This document shows positions 36,692-46,407 of a stretch of DNA of 60,716 bases, piece after piece. The position numbers and the translations under genes are program-made. Below the pieces are notes generated by a model. The model saw only the letters and a list, made by a program, of their open reading frames with translations, made no database searches and was not told where the DNA came from. Location of the stretch: contig JAYTSD010000039.1 of the NCBI GenBank assembly GCA_043745805.1, forward strand, positions 1-60,716. Direction: 5' to 3'. Position 1 is the first letter of the stretch, and every line of letters begins with the position of its first letter. Source of the DNA: Fibrobacteria bacterium. Its GTDB lineage: Bacteria; Fibrobacterota; Fibrobacteria; UBA11236.

Positions 36692-37024
36692 ATGTCCAAT
36701 TACTATGAAAGTAATGATTTAAAAAAATTCGGCAATATCACACGCAGTAATCCTAAACTCGGGGAAAAATTTTTTGAATATTACGGCGAAGTTTTCAAAG
36801 CCGGTGCATTAAGCGAAAGAGAGAAAGCCCTCATTGCGCTAGCCGTTTCACATGCCCTTAAATGTCCTTATTGCATTGATGCCTATTCTACCACTTGCTT
36901 GGAAAAAGGGGCAGATGAAGCCCAAATGAATGAAGCCGTGCATGTAGCAGCAACCATGGCAGCAGGAATTACCCTAGTACATAGCGTACAAATGATGAAT
37001 AAAATTGATGAAGTGTCAATGTAA
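36692..37024 (+). CDS. AhpD/CMD-family protein (arsenosugar biosynthesis-associated peroxidase-like)
   Basis: REKALIALAVSHALKCPYCIDAY...EAVHVAA...GITLVH. Confidence 0.88.
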   Translation: MSNYYESNDLKKFGNITRSNPKLGEKFFEYYGEVFKAGALSEREKALIALAVSHALKCPYCIDAYSTTCLEKGADEAQMNEAVHVAATMAAGITLVHSVQMMNKIDEVSM

Positions 37025-37029
37025 GGAAA

Positions 37030-38019
37030 ATGGTGCAAGTAAAAGATCAATTAGCAAAATTGGGGGAGTATACGACTCCCTTTGTACAAAAAATTGGCAA
37101 CGAAAGTCCACTTCAAGCAGCTTCTTTAAAAGTTTTGCAAATCAATGTGGGGAAAAAATGCAATCAAACTTGCATGCATTGTCATGTCGATGCTTCGCCA
37201 TTGCGTACGGAGATGATGACACGAGAAACTATAGATCTCTGTTTACAGGCCTTGGATCAACACCCAGGTTTTGAAACAGTTGACATTACAGGTGGGGCTC
37301 CCGAAATACATGATGATTTTCGCTATTTGGTTTTGGAAATTAAAAAGCGCGGTAAGCATATTATCGACAGATGTAATCTCACCATCTTAGAAGCAAAGGG
37401 ATTTGATTATTTATATGAATTTCTAAAAGATAATGCAGTAGAAATCATCGCTTCACTCCCTCATTTCTCAGCAATTACTACCGATAAGCAAAGAGGTGCA
37501 GGAGTTTTTAATACTTCGATCATTGCCCTTAAAAAACTAAACGCATTTGGATACGGCTATTCCTTGCCATTGAACTTAGTCTATAATCCCAATGGTTATT
37601 TTTTAAGCGCTCCGCAAAAACAATTGGAAAGAGAATTTAAGGAAAAACTGCAAGAAAATTTCGGCATTATATTTAATCATTTGTATTGTATTAATAATAT
37701 GCCTATTAATCGGTTACTACAATCCTTAATTCGGCGCGATAAATTTCAAGACTATATGGACACGTTAGCCAACGCTTTTAATCTTGCGACACTCAGTGAA
37801 TTAATGTGCAAGCATCAAATTTCCGTGGGCTATGATGGGCAATTATACGATTGCGATTTTAATCAAATGTTGGAAATGCATATGATGCCGATTAAGCATA
37901 TAGGCGATTTTTCGGTAGAAAAGATTTTGGGGCGTAATATTATGATTCACAATCATTGCTTTGGTTGCACCGCAGGATCGGGATCTAGTTGCGGTGGGGA
38001 AATAATTGAGCAGCAATAA
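37030..38019 (+). CDS. arsS: ArsS-like radical SAM protein (rSAM/Cys-rich C-terminal domain)
   Basis: QINVGKKCNQTCMHCHV, DITGGAPE, YDCDFNQML and HCFGCTAGSGSSCGG. Confidence 0.88.
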   Translation: MVQVKDQLAKLGEYTTPFVQKIGNESPLQAASLKVLQINVGKKCNQTCMHCHVDASPLRTEMMTRETIDLCLQALDQHPGFETVDITGGAPEIHDDFRYLVLEIKKRGKHIIDRCNLTILEAKGFDYLYEFLKDNAVEIIASLPHFSAITTDKQRGAGVFNTSIIALKKLNAFGYGYSLPLNLVYNPNGYFLSAPQKQLEREFKEKLQENFGIIFNHLYCINNMPINRLLQSLIRRDKFQDYMDTLANAFNLATLSELMCKHQISVGYDGQLYDCDFNQMLEMHMMPIKHIGDFSVEKILGRNIMIHNHCFGCTAGSGSSCGGEIIEQQ

Positions 38020-38091
38020 AAAAGCCATAGCTTATGATTTCTCTGGCTTTCAGTAATATTTAATAAGTCGAATTCAATTGACATTTTTAAA

Positions 38092-40272
38092 TTAAAAATG
38101 CGTATTCAATGTAACCGTAACGGTTCTTCCAGGATAGGCTGCGCCAATTGATTCTGGAAAATCCTTATCCAAAAGATTCGCCAAATTTAATTCAGCATTA
38201 ATATTCTTAGATATTTTTTGCGTAAAGTTTAAATCAATAATATAGAGGCCGCTAATGGTATGATCCGGTTCCGCAGTTTTAGCAGGGATAAAAGCGGTAT
38301 TAGCGGTTGCTGAAACAGAATCAGTTGCCGCAATTGGGGCAGTAAAATTCGGGGTAGCTTTGAGAACTGCGAAAACATTTAATCCAATGGGCGTATTATA
38401 ATTCACTGCCACATTACATTTAAGCGGAGGAATGCCTGCAAGGGGAGTATCTTTTTCATCTTGTGTTTTCGTATATGAACCATTTACCCATAAACGAATA
38501 TCTTTGGTTACAAAAACTTGTGTTTCCAATTCTCCACCAAAGGATTTTTGTTTATCCGCAGTATTAAGAAAATAATCAGGCAGTCCGGTTATATTTACAT
38601 TTACGCTATCTTTTCTTTTAAAATTCACTCTTTGAATTTGGTTTTTGATAACATTATAAAATCCCGTTCCGCTTATATAAAATCTTTTGTTGGTGTAGGT
38701 CAAATTGCCCTCGAAGGTTTGAATAGTTTCAGAACTTAAGTCGGAGATCGATAGTGTTTGATTAATATGATTCGTATCATTGTAAAGTACAAGCGCAGAA
38801 TATTTTTCGTTATTGTGACTAATATTATCCTGGCCTGGTGCTTTGAGAGCCGTACCATACATTAACTTCAAGTTTAATTCATCCGTGACCTTTTGAACGG
38901 CAGCCAGCCTTGGGGATAGTTGATGATAGGAGTTACCATCCAATAAACCATTATCCGATCGAATACCGGCAGTGAGAATTAAGCCTTTCAATATATTGAT
39001 ATCATCTCTAACCTGAGCAAAAGCAGAATAAGTATGGGCCTTTTTATTGTAAAGGGTAGTGGATAAAAATGGTTTGTTTGATTCATTGGTTCTCGATTGA
39101 CTTGAATCTTGCCATCTCACATCATAATTAAGACCTGCCAATACTGAAATTTTTTCTGTGATGTCATATTTTAATTTTGTATAGCCTTCCCAATTCAAAG
39201 TCATCACACTATAATCGAAAATACCTGAAGTATCGGGACGAGCCCACCAACCTGATAAATTAGATTGCAAACCCGCTTCTCGAGATTCATTATATTTAAC
39301 ATAACTCTCTAAACTAGCCTTATCTGTAAAATTCAAATTGTGTTTGACATAAGGAATTAAAGTGGTCCAACGTTGATAATTTGCCGGCGCAGATTTTCCC
39401 GCCCATGAAGTTCCATAACCATGTTCGGTTTCCATATTAATCAAACCCAAAGTGACGTCACCAAGTGAACCTATATTTAGTTTTTCCGAAATTCTGCCAA
39501 AAGTACTTTTCCTTTGATTTCGATCCGGACCGCCTCTTTTTTCATACATCAATAAATCAGGATCTTTTTCGTATACACCAAGGGAAACTTGTAACTCTTG
39601 ATTGTCAGTTTTATTAAGCACATTTGCGAGCGCTCTTTTATTCATCACCAAGGTTCCCTCTTTATTATAATTCCCGAAACCGTTCAATGAATCTCTTAAG
39701 AATTCCGAACCAAGTGAAAAATTAGTTTCTATTAAGGTTCCGTTTTGGGTTAGATTTTTAGGTACTAAATTCATTACTCCATTAAATGCTCCAATGCCAT
39801 AAAGCGAAGAAGCTGGTCCTCTTAAAAGCTCCACTCTTTGCGCAAACAATAAAGGCAATTCCTCACTGATGAACGCCATATTATTGCGTACATGATTAAC
39901 AGGAATTCCATCAATCCTAATCAAATGTTTTTCATTCAGTGATGCGGTTCCACCGCGCGTTTCCAAACTCCAATTTTCAGAGGTATTTCTTGCCGAGTAT
40001 CCAGGTGTAAAATCGGCCAATTGCCGCAAATTGATATATCCAAATTGATGCAAATCATCAGCAGAATAGGCTGTAACCGTGCCAGCAGCATCTGAATTTT
40101 TTTCTGCCTTATCGGAAGCTACCGTAATATCCATGTTCAGCAAGCTTGATAACGACAAGCCTAAATCTTTTTCCGAAGATTCTTGCGCCAGGATGGGTAT
40201 ATAAGAGGCTAATATGGAAAATACTAATGCATATGCTATTGATTGATATAGATTTTTAACAGGTTTTTTCAT
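38092..40272 (-). CDS. TonB-dependent outer-membrane receptor
   Basis: LSLSSLLNMDITVAS plug start, RVELLRGPASSLYG, SPR, NLLDK and terminal F; start probably MKKPVK at 40272. Confidence 0.9.
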   Translation of the reverse strand: MKKPVKNLYQSIAYALVFSILASYIPILAQESSEKDLGLSLSSLLNMDITVASDKAEKNSDAAGTVTAYSADDLHQFGYINLRQLADFTPGYSARNTSENWSLETRGGTASLNEKHLIRIDGIPVNHVRNNMAFISEELPLLFAQRVELLRGPASSLYGIGAFNGVMNLVPKNLTQNGTLIETNFSLGSEFLRDSLNGFGNYNKEGTLVMNKRALANVLNKTDNQELQVSLGVYEKDPDLLMYEKRGGPDRNQRKSTFGRISEKLNIGSLGDVTLGLINMETEHGYGTSWAGKSAPANYQRWTTLIPYVKHNLNFTDKASLESYVKYNESREAGLQSNLSGWWARPDTSGIFDYSVMTLNWEGYTKLKYDITEKISVLAGLNYDVRWQDSSQSRTNESNKPFLSTTLYNKKAHTYSAFAQVRDDINILKGLILTAGIRSDNGLLDGNSYHQLSPRLAAVQKVTDELNLKLMYGTALKAPGQDNISHNNEKYSALVLYNDTNHINQTLSISDLSSETIQTFEGNLTYTNKRFYISGTGFYNVIKNQIQRVNFKRKDSVNVNITGLPDYFLNTADKQKSFGGELETQVFVTKDIRLWVNGSYTKTQDEKDTPLAGIPPLKCNVAVNYNTPIGLNVFAVLKATPNFTAPIAATDSVSATANTAFIPAKTAEPDHTISGLYIIDLNFTQKISKNINAELNLANLLDKDFPESIGAAYPGRTVTVTLNTHF

Positions 40273-40706
40273 AGCGTTTCGCTTTTCACGGTTATGGGTT
40301 TTAAAAACAAGCACATCACATCATACAACTAAATAGCTACAAAAATCAATTTCTATCCAACAGAATTTTATTCACCTTCAGAAATAGAATAATCAATAGT
40401 GAGATATTAATTACATCGTGAAAAGTGTTTTTTGTTGAGAGAATTCATATAAAAATATATTTACTTTCATATTTAGAGGGGTAACAAAATAGTGACCTTT
40501 TAAATATTAGCGCGTTCTGCATTCATTTTCCTGCATAAATAAATTTATTCACTGATTAATAAAATATTCTCCGTATGAATTCTTGGATTTAATTCGAGTA
40601 ATACTTCAAGCACAAGTTATATCTAACCGGCATACTAATTAGTATAAAAATATTTGTTGGTAAATTTTTATTTAGGGATTTCGTGTAAGTCTGGAAATTT
40701 ACATTG

Positions 40707-41174
40707 CTATTTTTCGCGAAGTGAAAATCCTACCCAAACTTCATGACCATCGGCTAATAAAGTCCCATTAACTCCTTGAGCTTTAGGAAAGGAAATTTTA
40801 CTTCCCGCATTCATTAAAAGTGGAGGGGCTTGCAAAAAGATACCGAAATCATTTACGATCTGAGGAACTTTTATCAATTGACCGCAAATCGAATTAGCCA
40901 ATTCTCCCAGAGCATCGAGATAAAAGGCTTCGTTTTCATTTTCGCCTAGAATAGCCTTCGCCGTTTTAAAATTAAATCCGGTGGCAAGTAAAATCACAAA
41001 CTGCGCATTACTAGCACTCATAACACAAGCCAAATCACACGGATTACTAAAGCGAGAGGTGAATTTCCAGTTCTCTAATAATTGAACAGGCTTTTGAAAT
41101 ATGGTTTCAACTGTTTCCGCAACTAATGTGCGTAAAGGTTCAATAGTTTTTTCCAATTCCTTTTCCAAATTCAT
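40707..41174 (-). CDS. cheX: CheX/CheC-like phosphatase
   Basis: DALGELANSICG (ExxN) followed by PP. Confidence 0.8.
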   Translation of the reverse strand: MNLEKELEKTIEPLRTLVAETVETIFQKPVQLLENWKFTSRFSNPCDLACVMSASNAQFVILLATGFNFKTAKAILGENENEAFYLDALGELANSICGQLIKVPQIVNDFGIFLQAPPLLMNAGSKISFPKAQGVNGTLLADGHEVWVGFSLREK

Positions 41175-41262
41175 ATTTCATTTCCAACTGAGATACTCAA
41201 CACGAAAAATAACCCTCGCTTAAGCGAGTGAATTTTTCGCTTATGCCTGCTCGCCTTAAAAT

Positions 41263-42276
41263 TCACTGCGCAATTATTTTATTAATCCGATTCAGCTTTT
41301 CCGATTTTAAATCCCAGCCGATTTCTGTGGCCACCTTGGTGTTTAAGGAGGATTTAATACTGATCGTAGCTTCAAATCCAATCTCTTTGGTGGAGTGTCC
41401 CTCTTCAAATACTTGAGTGATTTCATTGGCAGCTTGTATACCGAGTTGCATATAATCCGGATCAGCTGTAAATATCGCCGCGCCAATGCGAGCACTGGCC
41501 ATGTTTTCCAACGGGGCAATCACGGGGATTTTATTACCCTTCACTTTCGCAAGCCAAAAATCAATCACACTACTTGAATTAATAATGACATTATCTGCCA
41601 TCATCCAAAACACTTCCACTTTATCCTCTTTTACCATTTTTTCAAAAGAGTTTTTCATCACCTTAAGCGCGTCCGCTTCCGTAATTTGTTCCTGCTTATC
41701 GCAATCCAAACATACACTCTTAAGCATTATTTGTTCTTTAATTAATAATTTTTTTGCCTCTTCTACAACAGTGCTAAATTTTTTTCGATAGAAAACACCG
41801 ACCTTAGTAAAATCCTTTTGCGAAATAATTCGGAAATGGGTAACTAAGGTGTAACCTGGAATTTCGAAGTTAATCCCCGCAACATTATGCAAATCCTTGG
41901 TGATAGTTCCTGCTAAAAGCGTCATCATACTAAACTTGGGCATAGCCAGTATATTATTACTATCAAGGGCTTCCATTCCGCGCGCCAAACTAATTGCTTT
42001 GGAATCCATAAGTATCAGGGCTCGGCAATGAATCTCATGGCAACGCTGCACTGCTGCTTCTGCTTTCGAAGTTTTATTGACATCCATAATATCAATTTTG
42101 TAAGCGGAACCCAATTCACTGCGAATTCCTTCAAGTACAGTTAAGAAAGCGCCTTCGCTCGGCATAATGGCAAGTATAGTATTACTTTCATTCGCAGCTA
42201 CATAACTACTGCAAAAGGCTAGCAGTGAGACTTTAATTAGAGATTTTAATTTTTTCATTATTGCAAAACCTCCCAT
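41263..42276 (-). CDS. Periplasmic ABC substrate-binding-like protein
   Basis: Signal peptide; FWMMAD, GAA, DYMQLGIQAA and SLNTKVA..IG pattern. Confidence 0.65.
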   Translation of the reverse strand: MGGFAIMKKLKSLIKVSLLAFCSSYVAANESNTILAIMPSEGAFLTVLEGIRSELGSAYKIDIMDVNKTSKAEAAVQRCHEIHCRALILMDSKAISLARGMEALDSNNILAMPKFSMMTLLAGTITKDLHNVAGINFEIPGYTLVTHFRIISQKDFTKVGVFYRKKFSTVVEEAKKLLIKEQIMLKSVCLDCDKQEQITEADALKVMKNSFEKMVKEDKVEVFWMMADNVIINSSSVIDFWLAKVKGNKIPVIAPLENMASARIGAAIFTADPDYMQLGIQAANEITQVFEEGHSTKEIGFEATISIKSSLNTKVATEIGWDLKSEKLNRINKIIAQ

Positions 42277-43007
42277 TTATCTATGGATTCAGCCTTACTC
42301 AAGGAAAGAGGTTGCTTAAGTAGTGCCTTTTTTATCGCAACATCTTCTTTACCCTGCTTTGAAGCAAATACGGAAAAGCCTATATTCTTTTCTGAAGCGG
42401 CCACTTCATTTAAAGTCAACTTCGTATTGGAAAGAATTTCTTGATAATCCGAGGTAGAAACAATAATGGCGTCCACCACTTCCATACCGAGCATGGTCAA
42501 AAGGTCTTCTTTTTTATTGACACGCTTAAGGATTTTTGGCTCTATGCCGAATTGTGTTTGGATAAAATGTGAAAGTCTTTCGCGACCTAAAAAATCAACG
42601 ATACCGATTTTCTTCTCCGCCACATTTTTCAGGGTAACGCTCTTGGAGGTTGCAATGATTAAATATTTTTCTCCCACTTCATTTTTAACCTTTCCCACTA
42701 GCGATACTTTATAACCTGGCAAATAATCCAAAAAGGCCGCTGGCGCAATAATCATCGCGTCCGGCATGCTACTCAACATAGCTTCCAAATCTTTAATACG
42801 ACCAAAGGCCATCGCTTTTTCCGGCCCTAAAAGTGTGTCAAATCCGTTTTGAATCTGTTGGGTATTCGTTGACCCTGGAACACATACCAATAGCCTTGCC
42901 TGAGCAGAAGAAAAACTGAATCCTAGCAACAAAATCCATAAGCACAAGGTAACACCTAGGTTTTTTTCTATCGTGTTGAGCTTACTTGGCAAATACTCCT
43001 CAACCAT
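42258..43007 (-). CDS. Periplasmic binding protein-like (type II, phosphonate-binding-like) protein
   Basis: Signal peptide; KKIGIV and DLLTMLGMEVVDAIIV. Confidence 0.55.
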   Translation of the reverse strand: MVEEYLPSKLNTIEKNLGVTLCLWILLLGFSFSSAQARLLVCVPGSTNTQQIQNGFDTLLGPEKAMAFGRIKDLEAMLSSMPDAMIIAPAAFLDYLPGYKVSLVGKVKNEVGEKYLIIATSKSVTLKNVAEKKIGIVDFLGRERLSHFIQTQFGIEPKILKRVNKKEDLLTMLGMEVVDAIIVSTSDYQEILSNTKLTLNEVAASEKNIGFSVFASKQGKEDVAIKKALLKQPLSLSKAESIDKWEVLQ

Positions 43008-45381
43008 GCATAGCCAGTCGCGGTAAATTGGGAACCAAAATGGTAAAGGTAGTTCCTTTTCCCGGTTGCGAATCGACAGTAATATTTCCCTGTAGTTTGG
43101 TTATTACATCACGCGCGATATCCATGCCTAAACCTCGACCTGAAAGGGTACTTAAATGATTTGCCGTAGATAAACCTTGCATAAAAATAAGCTGGCATTT
43201 TTCATGATCCGTCATCAACGCCGCAACATTGGGATCAAGTATTCCTTTGGCCATAGCCCGCTCCACCAATTTGTTACCCTCTATTCCTTTCCCGTCATCG
43301 CTGATAGTGATTTTACGCGTATCCTCAATAATTTGATAATCCATGCAAATTTTTCCTGGTCCCTTGCCTATGCTATTACGCTCCTGGGATGATTCAATAC
43401 CATGATCAATAGCATTGCGCATAATATGCACAATGGCTTCATCAATGTCTTCAAAGGATTTAGGATCGATTTCCAAAGTAGGATTAAGCAATTCAAACTC
43501 TGCATCCTTTTCCAAATTATCACTTACTCGTTTGACTAAATCCTTATATTTTTTAGTCGATTGAACAACAGTCTTATAATTAATCTGCTGACAAGCATAT
43601 GCCAGCTTTTTAAAGGAAGCAGGAATTTTGTTATCATGCGAAAGCTCTTCGCAAAGGTTTTGCACATACTCAATACGCGATCGAGCTATATGCAGAACAA
43701 GGTCATTTTGTTCTCCCGCAAGCATTCTAACTTGTTTTTTAATGTCCTCTACAATACTCAACATATTCTTTAAATTTTGCTGTAACATTAAAATACTGTG
43801 AGGGCGTTGCGTTGCATCCGAGGTCTTTAATTTTTCCAATAAACTTTCCGATTCATGTGCTCGCAAGGAAAGTATTTCAAAACCATAAGTGCCAGCATTG
43901 CCTTTAATGGTATGTAAATCGCGAAATAGAGTAGAGATTTGTTCTCGGGACTGTAAGAAAATATCTTCATCGACCTGCGATTGTTGATACTGCTCTAATT
44001 CCAAACACAGAGCATCTATTTGTGGAATCATTAAACTTAATCTATTCTCGGTATCGGCAATAAAATCACTGATAACTTCAGGGGTATTGCCTACTATACC
44101 CAAAATAGTTTTCACTTCATTTTCATGACGGATACGCTCTTCTTCCATGCGTGCTTCAATCAATCGGCTTTGAGTAATATCTTGCGCCAAGATCATAACC
44201 TTATGTAACACACCTGCTTTATCCAATATCTTTTGATAATTAATCCGTACATACCGCACTTGCTGATTAGTTTTTATTTCAATCTCTTGAACTGGAGCCA
44301 GCATAGCCAATTTTTGCCAACGCATAGTGGTATGTTTAACCTCAATTAACTTTATCCATTGATGCATCGATTCCATTTCTCTATCGCTTAAGCGTAAAAT
44401 ATTTTGCAAACATTCTTGGGTAATATCCATGAAGCCTAAAATTTCATTCGCCCGTAAGGAATATTCAGGGTTAATGCCTAAGTCTAAGTTAATGGTAAAA
44501 AGACCTTGATCAATATTATTCATAATGTCGCGAACCTGTTGCATTTTTTCATCGACTAAATCTTGCAAATGCTCAGTATAATTTTTCACTGTTTGTCGCA
44601 TGGTTTCAAAAGCCCGTGAGAGCGTCCCAATTTCATCATTCGTATCGACTTGAATCGCGCCGGAATAATCTCCACCCGCAATTTTTTTTGCTGAATCAAC
44701 CAAAGAATAAATGGGTCGGGTAATACGTGATGCTTGACGATGCATCGCGATAAATGCAGCGAAAAGTGTTGCTACGGCTACTGCCGCCAAAATAAGCAAT
44801 ATATGCAATAGCGATTTTTTAGCCGTTGCTTGTGCATCCTGTAATGAAACCTTCATAGCCCGCGTGGTAAGGCCATAACGGATAAAACCCAGTACTCCAT
44901 CGTCAGGCGACATTACAGGTGAAGTAAACTCAAGTACCTCTTCACCCCTATATTGACACGCCCTAAAAACGGGGGACATTTGCATAGAAGCCCATACACT
45001 CATGCTATCCGCCAATGCAGTAGTAAGGGATATAGGAATATTTAAACTATCCTTTTTAGCTATCACCCATGGCTTGAGATTCCCTTGCATATATATGCCA
45101 TAAACAATATCTCTATCTTTTTCGACTGTGGCTTGCACTAGACCCCTTACATCAAGAATAGCATTGTCCCCTGCCATCGGTCGCAAAGCCATGCTATTAT
45201 TAATAACTAGGGTTTGGCCCTTCGCAATCAGTGAATTGCGAATTTGTTCTTGCGTACTCTCCAAATTCTTCTTATTGGCCCTAAAACTGACCATAGAAAT
45301 AACCAGTAAAACAATAATGAATACCCAAGAGATGATGAGCACATTACTACGAATAAGTTTAACGCGAATACTAGATGTCAT
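43000..45381 (-). CDS. Membrane-bound CheA-like histidine kinase (TM, sensor, TM, HAMP, PAS-like, HPt, HATPase; no CheW domain)
   Basis: HAMP (DEIGTLSRAFETM), HPt (FRDLHTIKGNA), CheA-type N box HIMRNAIDHG, DDGKG and SGRGLGMD. Confidence 0.88.
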   Translation of the reverse strand: MTSSIRVKLIRSNVLIISWVFIIVLLVISMVSFRANKKNLESTQEQIRNSLIAKGQTLVINNSMALRPMAGDNAILDVRGLVQATVEKDRDIVYGIYMQGNLKPWVIAKKDSLNIPISLTTALADSMSVWASMQMSPVFRACQYRGEEVLEFTSPVMSPDDGVLGFIRYGLTTRAMKVSLQDAQATAKKSLLHILLILAAVAVATLFAAFIAMHRQASRITRPIYSLVDSAKKIAGGDYSGAIQVDTNDEIGTLSRAFETMRQTVKNYTEHLQDLVDEKMQQVRDIMNNIDQGLFTINLDLGINPEYSLRANEILGFMDITQECLQNILRLSDREMESMHQWIKLIEVKHTTMRWQKLAMLAPVQEIEIKTNQQVRYVRINYQKILDKAGVLHKVMILAQDITQSRLIEARMEEERIRHENEVKTILGIVGNTPEVISDFIADTENRLSLMIPQIDALCLELEQYQQSQVDEDIFLQSREQISTLFRDLHTIKGNAGTYGFEILSLRAHESESLLEKLKTSDATQRPHSILMLQQNLKNMLSIVEDIKKQVRMLAGEQNDLVLHIARSRIEYVQNLCEELSHDNKIPASFKKLAYACQQINYKTVVQSTKKYKDLVKRVSDNLEKDAEFELLNPTLEIDPKSFEDIDEAIVHIMRNAIDHGIESSQERNSIGKGPGKICMDYQIIEDTRKITISDDGKGIEGNKLVERAMAKGILDPNVAALMTDHEKCQLIFMQGLSTANHLSTLSGRGLGMDIARDVITKLQGNITVDSQPGKGTTFTILVPNLPRLAMHG

Positions 45382-45540
45382 TAATATACTCCACTGGGGA
45401 TATTATATCATCTGGAGAAAAATTTGTCTCGAAGCATGCACATAGGCATTGGATAGTTTTTGCGTATGAAACTCAAGTGATGAAGCAATAAAAAACTCGA
45501 GAGGGTTTACCGAGAATTTTTTTATGCGATAAAAATATCG

Positions 45541-45936
45541 CTAAGGCATATTGAAAATTTCTATCACTGACATTTTGATATCTTTTATAAACTCTTCATC
45601 GGTAAGCTTCAAAGGCTTTTCTATAAAACCTTGAGCCCCTTTAGACATACACTCCAGCATGGTCGGGCCCTTAACCGCCGATATCATTAATACTCTTGCT
45701 TTAGGAAACTCTTTAAGTATTTCTTCAAGTGCGGTTTTACCATCTTTTTTGGGCATGGTAATATCGAGAGTAATTAAGTCCGGTTGATATTGGCGATATA
45801 AATTAACTGCTTGTTCACCGTCATACCCTTCGGCCACCACATTAAACTGTAAATATTCTCGAAAAAAATCTGCAATCTGCCTGATTAGGAATTTGGAATC
45901 ATCCACAATCACTACAGTTTTAAGCATATAAATCAT
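45541..45936 (-). CDS. CheY-like single-domain response regulator
   Basis: VDD, LITLDITMP, ISA and FIEKP. Confidence 0.92.
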   Translation of the reverse strand: MIYMLKTVVIVDDSKFLIRQIADFFREYLQFNVVAEGYDGEQAVNLYRQYQPDLITLDITMPKKDGKTALEEILKEFPKARVLMISAVKGPTMLECMSKGAQGFIEKPLKLTDEEFIKDIKMSVIEIFNMP

Positions 45937-46407
45937 ACCTCATTAATTATTACCCCCTGCATTGGGTTTATTCCTATATCGTTTTTAAAGCAAAAAACAA
46001 AGCCAAACATATTTACATATTAAAACATGGAAGAAAACCGATCAAGAACTTCTCAATACTTGGAGTGCCAAAAATTCACATAAATTAAAACTTCATCAGA
46101 CTTTACGATAATCACAGAAAATTAAAATTAATCTTAAAGGTAAAGCTTAAGTTATCGAGTCTATCTGCCGATAGGCGTCACTTGAAAAGGCATTTAAATT
46201 TAGCTAAGCTCTGAACCTTATGAAAATAGTCCTTGCGAATTGAAATAATTTTGACTTTAAAATGAAACTCGTATTTGTCAAATTTCCACCGATGAAAAAA
46301 TGCCGAAGACACCTTCACCGATCAGCATACCCTCTCTTGTGCATCTGTAAGGAAGTATGACCTATTTCCTTACTCTGGAAACCGTTTAGCTTTTTCACTA
46401 AGTAGCC

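Noticed and set aside
37960-38019. Selenocysteine recoding in the ArsS-like C-terminus
   Set aside because: All positions are Cys codons and the ORF ends in TAA.
45989-46005. Sigma-54-like TGGC...TTGC upstream of the CheY-like gene
   Set aside because: GG-GC spacing is one base too long, and sigma-54 spacing is strict.
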